This document shows, piece by piece, positions 38,777-51,699 of a DNA stretch of 64,000 nucleotides. This stretch comes from Felis catus. Its lineage: Eukaryota. Both the position numbers and the translations under genes were made by a program. Under the pieces are notes generated by a model. That model saw only the letters and a program-made list of their open reading frames with translations. It was not told where the DNA came from and made no database searches. Location: the NCBI RefSeq assembly GCF_018350175.1, contig NC_058368.1, positions 200,572,001 through 200,636,000 on the forward strand. The letters are read 5' to 3'. The number at the start of each line of letters is the position of its first letter. The stretch's first letter is position 1.

Positions 38777-40039
38777 TCAGGAAGGCTCTTGTGTCAGTCA
38801 GGCATTGTTCAGCCAGAGCATGGTAAATGGTCACTACACTGTGCAAGCGCATTGTATTAATTTATACCTTGAAAGCATTTCCCACTGTTTAGAGAAGTTG
38901 TAATCCAGGCATACATTTTATTTAATGTAGCCTTTTATATATGAAAATCCTAGGTCTGTCTCTTAAATATCTATTGTTCATGTTGATTATAATCAGAACT
39001 CTCAATACTGGCGAAATGTTACCTTTCCATCTTTTAAATCCCAATAAAGAATGCATATTTTCAAGGTGTTGAAGTACTGGGTGTTTCATGTATCATTTCT
39101 CACAATCAAACCCAGTGAAGGGATTTGCCACAAAGGAAAAAGCAATTGCACACAAAAGGAACTATTTTCTTTCAAGTTGAATTTCATCGTGAAAATGGGG
39201 AATTTTGCCTCAGGAAAATATGTGGGCTTCTGTATTCAGTCCCATTTTAGACAGCAAATGTTGTCTTTGTGAACTAATTATAGGCATTTACCATAATAAG
39301 TTAGCTTTCTGTTTTTTCCAAGTTCTAAGTCATGAATTTAAAAAGTGCATTTTTGTTAAGTGAAGTAAGGGTGTGTCTGTGGCTTACAAGAAATAACTAG
39401 TTATTATATTTACAAAATAACCAAGCATTTCCACTTTTCAGAGCCTATTCTTACCTGTTCTTCTCATATTTCTATCATAAGACAAGTGCCACACTTGAAT
39501 AAGTGCATGAGCTCTGTCTTACTAAGAGAACATCATTGTACACAGGTTGATTGGAGATATTCCTCAAGCCATTATTATTCTGATTAAAATACCATAAACC
39601 TCATAATAGGGCATGGTATTTCAGACCTCTTAGAAATGGCCTCTACCTTAGAAATGGTCTCTACCTGATCGTCTTCCCCACGTTCCTTTCGAGCATGTTG
39701 ACACATTCCACAAATATCTATATATTGTTGCACATTCCTCAAGACTGGTTTCTTCTTTTATTCACTTTTTCTATTTAAATTCTATCAATATCTTAGAAGA
39801 CCTTAACACTAAACACACCCTTTCTTCCCACACATTTTAATTTTGACTATTTGATTTCAACCTTGTTTTTAACTTCTCTGTCATTCCAAGATAGCCATAC
39901 TTTTCAATAAATATGTCATTGGGTTTACTAATATATTCGCCACTCTGATCTCCATTATTGTTGCACCTCAACCTCCTCCTGCATTTCAGATTTAATTTCA
40001 TTTTGGCCAAAATGCATCCTTTGTCATCAAGTAGCAAAT

Positions 40040-40700
40040 TTACAGTCTTTGTATGTTTAAGAATGTATTTATTTTACTCTCATAATTGAATGATACAGTT
40101 TCTGGGTTTATAATCTTAGTTTTAAGATTATTTCTCTGCTGTGTTTGAAAGATATACAATTATCTCTTTGTCATTTGCTGCTAACAAGAGGTCTGCTTTC
40201 AGTCTGACTATTACTCTTTTGTACACAATATATCTTCTCTCTAGTATCTCACTGAGGATTTCATATTTTGCTTTAAGTTTTTATAGCTTCACTGTCCAAT
40301 CTAAGTCTAAATGTGTTTTATTTTGCCATTCTGGACATGACATGTCCCTCAAAAAAAAAATCTCCAGTCAATATTGATTCATCTGTGTTCTTTCTATTCT
40401 CTTCTTTTAGAATTCATGCTCTTCATGTTAATGCTGTGAAGAAGTATTTTTCAATTCATTAATTGTCTCTCCTTGACCGGATCTTTGAGCTGTTAAACTT
40501 TAGGTCTGTCTGCTCTTTTCATTTCAGGAATTTCTATGTGTTTGTGTTATCAAATCTACTCATTTGTTTATGTTTTCAAATCTGCCTGTTTTTTTTTGTT
40601 CTTTACAGTCTATTCTTTTTCTATTGTTTGAATATTTTCAAATGAATTTTTGGAAATTTTCTTCCAAATAATTTCACATTTTTGTTCTTTCTGCATATAT
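40040..40700 (-). mobile_element. Ancient L1 (ORF1-region-like) remnant
   Basis: T-rich sequence resembling the reverse of an old L1 ORF1 region. Highly degraded. Confidence 0.4.
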
Positions 40701-41471
40701 GATCATGTTGGTTTCTCCTATTATCTCCCTCCCACTGCTGTTCATATCTTTTAATTTTTTAAATGTTATTTTATTTTGAGTTCATCAAAGGTTGTCTTCC
40801 TCCAGGGACTCCCTTGCCATGGATAATTGAATCCCACTACTCTAATGAGTCCTTCATCTTTAACACCATTCTCTATTATTTGTCTGCGACCAGATTTTTC
40901 TTGATTTACTTTAAAATTTAAACTTCATTCATTTACTTATTTGATTACCATGTTCCTACCAAGCGATATTTTGTTTGTTTCTGCTGGGTCTTCATAGATG
41001 TTTCTGAGTCAGGAGCAATTTTGTGATTTTCTCTTTTGCTTCATAGTTAGTAAAAATCTGAAGGCTATACCACTAGAAGATACAAGCTTAGTTTCTAGTT
41101 TCTACCCACTGTTCCAGATGCACATTCTAGAGCTTTCCTAAACTGATCAGTAGAGATTTTCTAATTCTTGTTTTTTGGTTGGACAACCAACCTTTCTAGA
41201 TCCTGGCTTTATGCATATAGCAAATTTTCAGCTTGTCTCTCTCTTTTTTTTTTAATATGAAATTTATTGACAAATTGGTTTCCATACAACACCCAGTGCT
41301 CATCCCAAAAGATGCCCTCCTCAATACCCATCACCCACCCTCTCCTCCCTCCCACCCCCCATCAACCCTCAGTTTGTTCTCAGTTTTTAAGAGTCTCTTA
41401 TGCTTTGGCTCTCTCCCACTCTAACCTGTTTTTTTTTTCCTTCCCCTCCCCCATGGGTTCCTGTTAATTTC

Positions 41472-44400
41472 TCAGGGTCCACATAAGAGTGAAACCATAT
41501 GGTATCTGTCTTTCTCTGTATGACTTATTTCACTTAGCATCACACTCTCCAGTTCCATCCACGTTGCTACAAAAGGCCATATTTCATTTTTTCTCATTGC
41601 CACGTAGTACTCCATTGTGTATATAAACCACAATTTCTTTATCCATTCATCAGTTGATGGACATTTCGGCTCTTTCCATAATTTGGCTATTGTTGAGAGT
41701 GCTGCTATGAACATTGGGGTACAAGTGGCCCTATGCATCAGTACTCCTGTATCCCTTGGATAAATTCCTAGCAGTGCTATTGCTGGGTCATAGGGTAGGT
41801 CTATTTTTAATTTTCTGAGGAACCTCCACACTGCTTTCCAGAGCGGCTGCACCAATTTGCATTCCCACCAACAGTGCAAGAGGGTTCCCGTTTCTCCACA
41901 TCCTCTCCAGCATCTAGAGTCTCCTGATTTGTTCATTTTGGCCACTCTGACTGGCGTGAGGTGATACCTGAGTGTGGTTTTGATTTGTATTTCCCTGATA
42001 AGGAGCGACGCTGAACATCTTTTCATGTGCCTGTTGGCCATCCGGATGTCTTCTTTAGAGAAGTGTCTATTCATGTTTTCTGCCCATTTCTTCACTGGGT
42101 TATTTGTTTTTCGGGTGTGGAGTTTGGTGAGCTCTTTATAGATTTTGGATACTAGCCCTTTGTCCGATATGTCATTTGCGAATATCTTTTCCCATTCCGT
42201 TGGTTGCCTTTTAGTTTTGTTGGTTGTTTCCTTTGCTGTGCAGAAGCTTTTTATCTTCATAAGGTCCCAGTAATTCACTTTTGCTTTTAATTCCCTTGCC
42301 TTTGGGGATGTGTCGAGTAAGAGATTGCTACGGCTGAGGTCAGAGAGGTCTTTTCCTGCTTTCTCCTCTAAGGTTTTGATGGTTTCCTGTCTCACATTTA
42401 GGTCCTTTATCCATTTGGAGTTTATTTTTGTGAATGGTGTGAGAAAGTGGTCTAGTTTCAACCTTCTGCATGTTGCTGTCCAGTTCTCCCAGCACCATTT
42501 GTTAAAGAGGCTGTCTTTTTTCCATTGGATGTTCTTTCCTGCTTTGTCAAAGATGAGTTGGCCATACGTTTGTGGGTCTAGTTCTGGGGTTTCTATTCTA
42601 TTCCATTGGTCTATGTGTCTGTTTTTGTGCCAATACCATGCTGTCTTGATGATGACAGCTTTGTAGTAGAGGCTAAAGTCTGGGATTGTGATGCCTCCTG
42701 CTTTGGTCTTCTTCTTCAAAATTCCTTTGGCTATTCGGGGCCTTTTGTGGTTCCATATGAATTTTAGGATTGCTTGTTCTAGTTTTGAGAAGAATGCTGG
42801 TGCAATTTTGATTGGGATTGCATTGAATGTGTAGATAGCTTTGGGTAGTATTGACATTTTGACAATATTTATTTTTCCAATCCATGAGCAGGGAATGTCT
42901 TTCCATTTCTTTAAATCTTCTTCAATTTCCTTCATAAGCTTTCTATAGTTTTCAGCATACAGATCCTTTACATCTTTGGTTAGATTTATTCCTAGGTATT
43001 TTATGCTTCTTGGTGCAATTGTGAATGGGATCAGTTTCTTTATTTGTCTTTCTGTTGCTTCATTGTTAGTGTATAAGAATGCAACTGATTTCTGTACATT
43101 GATTTTGTATCCTGCAACTTTGCTGAATTCCTGTATCAGTTCTAGTAGACTTTTGGTGGAGTCTATCGGATTTTCCATGTATAATATCATGTCATCTGCA
43201 AAAAGCGAAAGCTTGACTTCATCTTTGCCAATTTTGATGCCTTTGATTTCCTTTTGTTGTCTGATTGCTGATGCTAGAACTTCCAGCACTATGTTAAACA
43301 GCAGCGGTGAGAGTGGGCATCCTTGTCGTGTTCCTGATCTCAGGGAAAAAGCTCTCAGTTTTTCCCCGTTGAGGATGATGTTAGCTGTGGGCTTTTCATA
43401 AATGGCTTTTATGATCTTTAAGTATGTTCCTTCTATCCCGACTTTCTCAAGGGCTTTTATTAAGAAAGGGTGCTGGATTTTGTCAAAGGCCTTTTCTGCA
43501 TCGATTGACAGGATCATATGGTTCTTCTCTTTTTTTTTGTTAATGTGATGTATCACGTTGATTGATTTGCGAATGTTGAACCAGCCCTGCATCCCAGGAA
43601 TGAATCCCACTTGATCATGGTGAATAATTCTTTTTATATGCCGTTGAATTCGATTTGCTAGTATCTTATTGAGAATTTTTGCATCCATATTCATCAGGGA
43701 TATTGGCCTGTAGTTCTCTTTTTTTACTGGGTCTCTGTCTGGTTTAGGAATCAAAGTAATACTGGCTTCATAGAATGAGTCTGGAAGTTTTCCTTCCCTT
43801 TCTATTTCTTGGAATAGCTTGAGAAGGATAGGTATTATCTCTGCTTTAAACGTCTGGTAGAACTCCCCTGGGAAGCCATCTGGTCCTGGACTCTTATTTG
43901 TTGGGAGATTTTTGATAACCGATTCAATTTCTTCGCTGGTTATGGGTCTGTTCAAGCTTTCTATTTCCTCCTGGTTGAGTTTTGGAAGAGTGTGGGTGTT
44001 CAGGAATTGGTCCATTTCTTCCAGGTTGTCCAATTTGTTGGCATATAATTTTTCATAGTATTCCCTGATAATTGTTTGTATCTCTGAGGGATTGGTTGTA
44101 ATAATTCCATTTTCATTCATGATTTTATCTATTTGGGTCATTTCCCTTTTCTTTTTGAGAAGCCTGGCTAGAAGTTTGTCAATTTTGTTTATTTTTTCAA
44201 AAAACCAACTCTTGGTTTCGTTGATCTGCTCTACAGTTTTTTTAGATTCTATATTGTTTATTTCTGCTCTGATCTTTATGATTTCTCTTCTTCTGCTGGG
44301 TTTAGGCTGCCTTTGCTGTTCTGCTTCTAGTTCCTTTAGGTGTGCTATTAGATTTTGTATTTGGGATTTTTCTTGTTTCTTGAGATAGGCCTGGATTGCA

Positions 44401-45296
44401 ATGTATTTTCCTCTCAGGACTGCCTTCACTGCGTCCCAAAGCGTTTGGATTATTGTATTTTCATTTTCGTTTGTTTCCATATATTTTTTAATTTCTTCTC
44501 TAATTGCCTGGTTGACCCACTCATTCGTTAGTAGGGTGTTCTTTAACCTCCATGCCTTTGGAGGTTTTCCAGACTTTTTTCTGTGGTTGATTTCAAGCTT
44601 CATAGCATTGTGGTCTGAAAGTACGCATGGTATAATTTCAATTCTTGTAAACTTATGAAGGGCTGTTTTGTGACCCAGTATATGATCTATCTTGGAGAAT
44701 GTTCCATGTGCACTCGAGAAGAAAGTATATTCTGTTGCTTTGGGATGCAGAGTTCTAAATATATCTGTCAAGTCCATCCGATCCAATGTCTCATTCAGGG
44801 CCCTTGTTTCTTTATTGACCGTGTGTCTAGATGATCTGTCCATTTCTGTAAGTGGGGTGTTAAAGTCCCCTGCAATTACCACATTCTTATCAATAAGGTT
44901 GCTTATGTTTATGAGTAATTGTTTTATATATTTTGGGGCTCCGGTATTTGGTGCATAGACATTTATAATTGTTAGCTCTTCCTGATGGATAGACCCTGTA
45001 ACTATTATATAATGTCCTTCTTCATCTCTTGTTACAGCCTTTAATTTAAAGTCTAGTTTGTCTGATATAAGTATGGCTACTCCAGCTTTCTTTTGGCTTC
45101 CAGTCGCATGATAAATAGTTCTCCATCCCCTCACTCTCAATCTAAAGGTGTCCTCAGGTCTAAAATGAGTCTCTTATAGACAGCAAATAGATGGGTCTTG
45201 TTTTTTTATCCATTCTGATACCCTATGTCTTTTGGTTGGTGCATTTAATCCATTTACATTCAGTGTTATTATAGAAAGATATGGGTTTAGAGTCAT
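41472..45296 (-). pseudogene. L1 copy B ORF2 (1274 codons) with a single nonsense codon, Q41*
   Basis: ATG at 45296 (MTLNPY). TAA at 45174-45176 where copy A has CAA. The remainder is open (1222-aa track ORF) with [16 protein letters not shown] and CCHC. Confidence 0.95.
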
Positions 45297-45346
45297 TGTG
45301 ATGTCTGTATGTTTTATGCTTGTAGTGATGTCTCTGGGACTTTGTC

Positions 45347-46240
45347 TCACAGGGTCCCCCTCATGATCTCTTGTAGGGCTGGTTTAGTGGTGACAAATTC
45401 CTTCAGTTTTTGTTTGTTTGGGAAGACCTTTATCTCTCCTTCTATTCTAAATGACAGACTTGCTGGATAAAGGATTCTCGGCTGCATATTTTTTCTGTCT
45501 AGCACCCTGAAAATCTCGTGCCAATTCTTTCTGGCCTGCCAAGTTTCAAAAGAGAGATCAGTCACGAGTCTTATAGGTCTCCCTTTATATGTGAGGGCAC
45601 GTTTACCCCTTGCTGCTTTCAGAATTTTCTCTTTATCCTTGTATTTTGCCAGTTTCACTATGATATGTCGTGCAGAAGATCGATTCAAGTTACGTCTGAA
45701 GGGAGTTCTCTGTGCCTCTTGGATTTCAATGCCTTTTTCCTTCCCCAGTTCAGGGAAGTTCTCAGCTATTATTTCTTCAAGTACCCCTTCAGCACCTTTC
45801 CCTCTCTCTTCCTCCTCTGGGATACCAATTATGCGTATATTATTTCTTTTTAGTGTATCACTTAGTTCTCTAATTTTCCCCTCATACTCCTGGATTTTTT
45901 TATCTCTCTTTTTCTCAGCTTCCTCTTTTTCCATAACTTTATCTTCTAGTTCACCTATTCTCTCCTCTGCCTCTTCAAGCCCAGCTGTGGTGGTTTCCAT
46001 TTTGTTATGCATTTCGTTTAAAGCGTTTTTCAGCTCCTCGTGACTGTTCCTTAGTCCCTTGATCTCTGTAGCAAGAGATTCTCTGCTGTCCTGTATACTG
46101 TTTTCAAGCCCAGCGATTAATTTTATGACTATTATTCTAAATTCACTTTCTGTTATATTATTTAAATCCTTTTTGATCAGTTCATTAGCTGTTGTTATTT
46201 CCTGGAGATTCTTCTGAGGGGAATTCTTCTGCTTGGTCAT
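45347..46240 (-). CDS. L1 copy B ORF1p (297 aa; coiled coil, RRM and CTD RNA-binding chaperone)
   Basis: Uninterrupted ORF from MTKQKNSPQKNL, containing RNNIRIIGIPE, ARHIIVKL and ILYPASLSF motifs. Confidence 0.93.
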   Translation of the reverse strand: MTKQKNSPQKNLQEITTANELIKKDLNNITESEFRIIVIKLIAGLENSIQDSRESLATEIKGLRNSHEELKNALNEMHNKMETTTAGLEEAEERIGELEDKVMEKEEAEKKRDKKIQEYEGKIRELSDTLKRNNIRIIGIPEEEERGKGAEGVLEEIIAENFPELGKEKGIEIQEAQRTPFRRNLNRSSARHIIVKLAKYKDKEKILKAARGKRALTYKGRPIRLVTDLSFETWQARKNWHEIFRVLDRKNMQPRILYPASLSFRIEGEIKVFPNKQKLKEFVTTKPALQEIMRGTL

Positions 46241-47157
46241 TTTGGATAGTCCCTGGCATGGTGAGGACCTGCAGGGCACTTCCCCTGTGTTGTGGTGTAT
46301 AACTGGAATTGGTGGGCGGGGCCGCAGTCAGACCTGATGTCTGCCCCCAGCCCACCACTGGGGCCACAGTCAGACTGGTGTGTGCCTTCTCTTCCCCTCT
46401 CCTAGGGGCGGGATTCACTGTGGGGTGGTGTGGCCCGTCTGGGCTACTTGCACACTGCCAGGCTTGTGATGCTGGGGATCTGGCGTATTAGCTGGGGTGG
46501 GTAGGGGGGCAGGAGGGGCAGGCTTAGATCGCTTCTCCTTAGGTGATCCTCTTCAGGAGGGGCCCTGTGGCAGCGGGAGGGAGTCAGATCCACTGCCGGA
46601 GGTTTGGCTCCGCAGAAGCACAGAGTTGGGTGTTTGCGCGGAGCGAGCAAGTTCCCTGGCAGGAACTGGTTCTCTTTGGGATTTTGGCTGGGGGATGGGC
46701 GGGAGAGATGGCGCTGGTGAGCGCCTTTGCTCCCCACCAAACTGAGCTCTGTCGTCAGGGGGCTCCGCAGCTCTCCCTCCCTTTGTCCTCCAGCCTTCCC
46801 GCTTTCTGAGCAGAGCTGTTAACTTATGACCTCCCAGACGCTAAGTCGCGCTTGTTGTGGGAACACAGTCCGTCAGGCCCCTCCACTTTTGCCAGCCAGA
46901 CTCGGGGGCTCTGCTTGGCAGGCGAGCCGCCCCTCCGCCCCGGCTCCCTCCCGCCAGTCCGTGGAGCGCGCACCGCCTCGCCGCCCTTCCTACCCTCTTC
47001 CGTGGGCCTCTCGTCTGCGTTTGGCTCCGGCGACTCCGTTCTGCTAATCCTCTGGCGGTTTTCTGGGTTATTTAGGCAGGTGTAGGTGGAATCTAAGTGA
47101 TCAGCAGGACGCGCGGTGAGCCCAGCGTCCTCCTAAGCCGCCATCTTGCCGCTTCTC
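46241..47157 (-). promoter_or_regulatory. L1 copy B 5'UTR internal promoter
   Basis: CpG-rich. The 5' end reads GAGAAGCGGCAAGATGGCGGC, with a YY1-type site. Confidence 0.85.
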
Positions 47158-47859
47158 TCAGCTTGTCTCTCAAAGACATAGTCCTCATCTCAATTTTCAA
47201 AGCTCTTTTAAACCCAATATGTTGTTCCAATGCACAAAGAAGTGTTTGGCTTCAGCTCCAATTCCTATATCAAATTCAATTTCCGTCTGACTTTTGGCCT
47301 TCGGTTTTCGTGGTTTGTTTTGTTTTTTGGTTCCTAGGATGTTTCATTTTTTCCTTTTGAATTCAGCTATATTCAACTTTGTCATTATATTGCATCCAGT
47401 ATTTCTATGCATTTAACAGGTCAGAAGATCTGGGAGATCTGCACTACCTCACTCTGGCCGATTTACCAGAAGTCCTTAGTTGTTTTCTACTAGCTCCTTC
47501 TCTGTTTACTAGAATGCACTATCCAGAATTATTACCAGTATTCTTGAGATCACCTTTACTGACTCAAATCATTATGAGTTCTGTCTGAGACTCTTCTTTC
47601 TCATTAATCTAAGACTTTTCTGAATATACAAACACCTTAAACCTCATGGTTTTGACACCATTCCAATATGGAAAAACAGAACTAAAATTTATTCCAAATC
47701 TCCTCATTCTCCCTGTTTCTAGATGTGTTGTTGTCACACTGCCAAATCCATGCATAATTTTGATTGTTTTGGATCTAGCTAACCATAGCCATCAATAGTG
47801 TTTCTCTCTAGTAAGCTGAATCCGCTCTCACACAGTCTATTTATAACTACACTTCTTTT

Positions 47860-47888
47860 TTTAAATTTTTTAATGTTTATTTATTGTT

Positions 47889-47927
<39 letters not shown>

Positions 47928-48057
47928 GCAGAGTGGGGGAGGGGCAGAGAGAGAGGGAGACACAGAATCTGAAGCAGGCTCCAGGCTCGAACTCATGACT
48001 GCGAGATCATGACCTGAGCCGAAGTCACACGCTTAACTGACTGAGCCACCCAGTTCC
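47860..48057 (-). mobile_element. Can-SINE with an internal deletion
   Basis: TSD ACT(A/C)CACTTCTTTT at 47846-47859 and 48058-48071. Lacks about 30 bp between two GGCTC motifs near 47985. Confidence 0.92.
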
Positions 48058-48467
48058 ACTCCACTTCTTTTCTTAACAGCAAACATTTACATCTTCATGT
48101 GTTGTGTGTAGCTCTCCTTTGCACACATTTGATCCTGCTTTTCTGCTCAGTCATTTTCTACCCAGTCCAATGTTCTTGCACTTACTTCATTTGCCTTTCC
48201 TGCTTTTGACTGTCTGCTTCCTTCTTCTCTGTACCATTAGTGCTGCCTGTGTCTTTCCTGCAAAGTACAATAACTCTGTTCTCTGTACCTAAGATTGACA
48301 GTGACAGAGTTAGGTTTATCTGTCCCATTTATGTATCCACAACAAGGATTTCTTGAATCTTGATGTGAGGTTTCTTGAATTTAGATGAAAAATTTTATTA
48401 TAGAGCATGATCTACAATGAGAAATCCAAACACGAAGAGAAGTATTGATTTTAGAATTCCTTTTCAG

Positions 48468-48597
48468 GAGGCACTTGGGTGGCTCAGTTGGTTGAGTGTC
48501 TGACTTCAGCGTAGGTCATGATCTCTCATTCCTGAGTTCGAGCCCTGTGTTGGGCTCTGTGCTGACAGCTCAGAGCCTGCAGCCTGCTTCATATTCT

Positions 48598-48638
<41 letters not shown>

Positions 48639-48707
48639 CCTCCCCCACTCATGCTCTCTCTCTGAAAGATAAATAAACATTAAAAAATAAATTAATTAAT
48701 TAAATAA
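48468..48707 (+). mobile_element. Can-SINE
   Basis: TSD AATT(C/T)CTTTTCAG at 48455-48467 and 48708-48720. Long (CT)n tract. Confidence 0.94.
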
Positions 48708-49914
48708 AATTTCTTTTCAGAGAAATTATGAGGAGGCAAAAGTCCCTAAGTAGTAAAAGCAGGAAATGGGAATGTACAGAATCTGAAGAGACTGTTGGTC
48801 TTGTCTCATGACACTTTGCATTTGGATAGTACCCTCCTAAAATTAGAGACTTCACACTCTGTATTAAACTGTTTTTTTTAATTCTTTACATACATAGCTA
48901 TTCTTGCAATGCACGTTGTTTACCTCCACCAATATCTCTAAAATGCTGGCTGCCTAATTTAACTCGGGGATAGCTTTGAGTTCTCCCCACTCTGAGCACT
49001 TAATATACATATGTCCTATTTTCTGACAAAGTGTGAAAATTAGAAAGTCACTACACTTATTTTATTTTATTGGGAATTACATCCCCTCATTTTGATAAGG
49101 ATAAAAATAAATAATCCTTTGGCCAGTGACATGATTGTCTCCAGAAGTACAATAGATAATGCTGTCAACTAACCTACTCCCAAAGGCAGCTGCTCAGAGG
49201 ATGTGCCTTTTAGTCATGTTACATTTGATAGATTTCATGGCATACTTTGATGTAATTTGTTTCAGAATACATTTCCAATTTACTGGCACTGGAACAACAG
49301 CACAAATAATTGTCATTTAGCAATAGTAGTTATTTCCTGTAAGTTTTACCGCTTCCCTTCTTTCCAGGATTTATGTAAATGATTAAGGTACATTGATAGT
49401 AGACTTAGATGAATTCTGAGTTTGAGTAAGGATCTATACTTGTGCTACTTCTCCAGTCCTAGAAGCACTTAATTACAGCTACTTTGCACAAGCCACTGTG
49501 AGAGGCTGGTGGAATATGGTAGACGCAGTAAACAGTGACTAAAGAAGGTTGTTTCTTTCAAGAGGTTCACTTTAATTCAGAGTTTTGTATATATTTTTAA
49601 ACAATTACATTCAAATGACTCATGCTAGGAGGAATAGAGCTGATCTTTTGTGGTGGAAACTATTACTCGTAAGTTTAATAATGCACAACAACATTGCAAT
49701 ACATTGAGGATTTTACTATTTGGGAATTTTCAGTCGATCGTATCATTTAATTTCCATGCCATACCCATGTGCAGATGGAGAAATTAGGCATGAAGTCAAC
49801 TCATTCATCCAGCTAGCAAGTGGCAACGTATTTTATCACTCCCTGTGAAGCTCCATCTCTAATATCTGATTAAATTAGTTGGTTATCAGGGCAGCCGTGT
49901 CTGTTAGGCTGTTG

Positions 49915-50110
49915 GCCAGCTCCAGCACTTACTTAATGTGTAACTTAGGCAAGTCGCTTGACCTATCTTGGCCTCAGTTTTACCATCTATTTAAAAAAAT
50001 GATCATCACCTGCCTACTTCCTAGGATTCTCACAAGAATCAAGTGAATCGTACATGTTAAACATTTGTCACTTACCTATGGTGAATGTCTAATAATTTTT
50101 AGTTAGAATG
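49915..50110 (+). mobile_element. MIR
   Basis: TGTGTAACTTAGGCAAGTCGCTTGACCTATCTTGGCCTCAGTTTTACCATCT MIR core. Confidence 0.8.
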
Positions 50111-50319
50111 TTACTTTTTACTACTACTGCTATTAATATATACCAAGACAGATTTGAGGTATACTAGGTCTAACATCAGGAGAACTTTCTGACAAATAGA
50201 TTTGTACACTGTGAAGATTAGTGACTTCACAATGTCCTGTTCTTCTTATCACTAGACACTTTTATTTCTAATTTTGCATAAGACTGTTATCTCACTGTAC
50301 CTGTAGGGAAGTGTTGAGA

Positions 50320-51050
50320 TATTCATTGATTCATTCACAACATTTAATGAGTTTCCCTATGTGCCAGTTACTGAGATAAATGCTATGAGAAAAAATGACA
50401 AGTTAGACACAGCCTATATTTTCAAGAAGCTTATTATCTACTGGGGAGAGATTAGAATATGGCCAGTTAGAACCAGGGCAATTAGAATATGATGGAGATA
50501 AGGATTATGTTAAGGGTATAGTCATGACTTTATTCCAGAATATAAGAATCATAAGGGCAGGGGTGTTGTCATGTTCACAGCTGAGCCCCCAATACTTAGG
50601 ACGGTACCTTGCACGTGGCAGGCACTCAATAAAAATATGACAAAGAATGAGTGCTATAAGAAAAATGCCAAGCTAAATGAAGGGGTAGGAGGAGGCTTTT
50701 TTGACTGGGTGACAAATAGGAATTAGGTCAAGAGAAGGATGAAAATTATTCCAGGAAGTATTCATCAATTGCAGAAAGCCCTGGAATAGAATAGTTACAC
50801 ATAGTTTTAAGAAAGTGTAAGTAGTTCACAATGGCAGGAGCTTAGTTCTGGGCAGGTGGTATGGTGGGGAGAGGGAGAGAAAAAGATCCTGGGAGCCCAG
50901 CACATTCTTAATTAAGAATCTATGGCTCAATGAGGAAATATGCAAGCTTGTCAGCAGCAAAGTGATAAAACTGGGTTTACCTGACAGACAAAACAGTATA
51001 GCTTCAGTGTGGAGAGTAGTTGAGGTAGACAAAGGGGAAATGGAAGGAAA
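50320..51050. mobile_element. L2 fragments in both orientations
   Basis: Reverse L2 end CATTCACAACATTTAATGAG...TATGTGCCAG at about 50330, and forward end TGGCAGGCACTCAATAAAAATATG at about 50620. Confidence 0.55.
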
Positions 51051-51074
51051 TGATGAATTAAATATAAATTTTTC

Positions 51075-51285
51075 AGGGCACCTGGGTGGCTCAGTCAGTT
51101 GAGCATCCAACTTCTGCTCAGGTCATGATCTCACAGTTCATGAGTTCAAGCCCTGTGTTGGGCTCTGTGCTGACAGCTCAGAGCCTGGATCCTGCTTCAG
51201 ATTCTGTGCCCTTCTCTCACTCTGCCCTCTTCCCTGCTGGTGCTCTGTCTCTCTCACTCTCAAGAATAAATAAAAATTAAAAAAT
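51075..51285 (+). mobile_element. Can-SINE
   Basis: Typical head and body. Approximate TSD ATATAAATTTT. Confidence 0.93.
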
Positions 51286-51699
51286 ATATAAATTTTCTAC
51301 AGCCTTCATATAGATCATTTTAGCATAATTTTTGGGTTAAATTTAAATATTTTTCACTAGGAAGCCCTTCATGACATCTTCATACTTAGTTTTTACAACA
51401 CTTAGCTGAGCGTAATGTTAGAAACAGACATGTAGAAACAGAAGGTAAAAAAGCTGTTGAGTCTTTTATTGTGTTGATACATGCTATAAAATTCAGTATG
51501 AGATTTCATAATCTGACTAAGAAACACTACATATTCAATTAAGGAGAGGCAGTGGATACTTGTTATTGAAAACCAACACAGTGAAATACACTTCACCCTT
51601 CAAAAATTCACTAGAAAACTCTCCTGATTATTACTTAATTACAGAAATTGAGCTGAAAATTTTGGATATGCATTTCTGAAAATGAAGCGTTTTTCTTTT

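Larger units (their letters stand above)
41242..47157 (-). mobile_element. Full-length felid LINE-1, copy B (near intact)
   Basis: About 5.92 kb with 5'UTR, ORF1, ORF2, 3'UTR and a short poly(A). 14-bp TSD TCAGCTTGTCTCTC at 41228-41241 and 47158-47171. Confidence 0.98.

Noticed and set aside
27473..45853. Plus-strand ORFs of 85-173 aa over L1 ORF1/ORF2, such as MVRFIPRYF..., shared by both copies
   Set aside because: These are shadow frames antisense to L1 coding sequence, shared only because the copies are near-identical. Most have non-ATG starts.
26526..47157. Segmental duplication as the explanation for the two L1s
   Set aside because: The flanks and TSDs differ, and similarity stops at the element ends.
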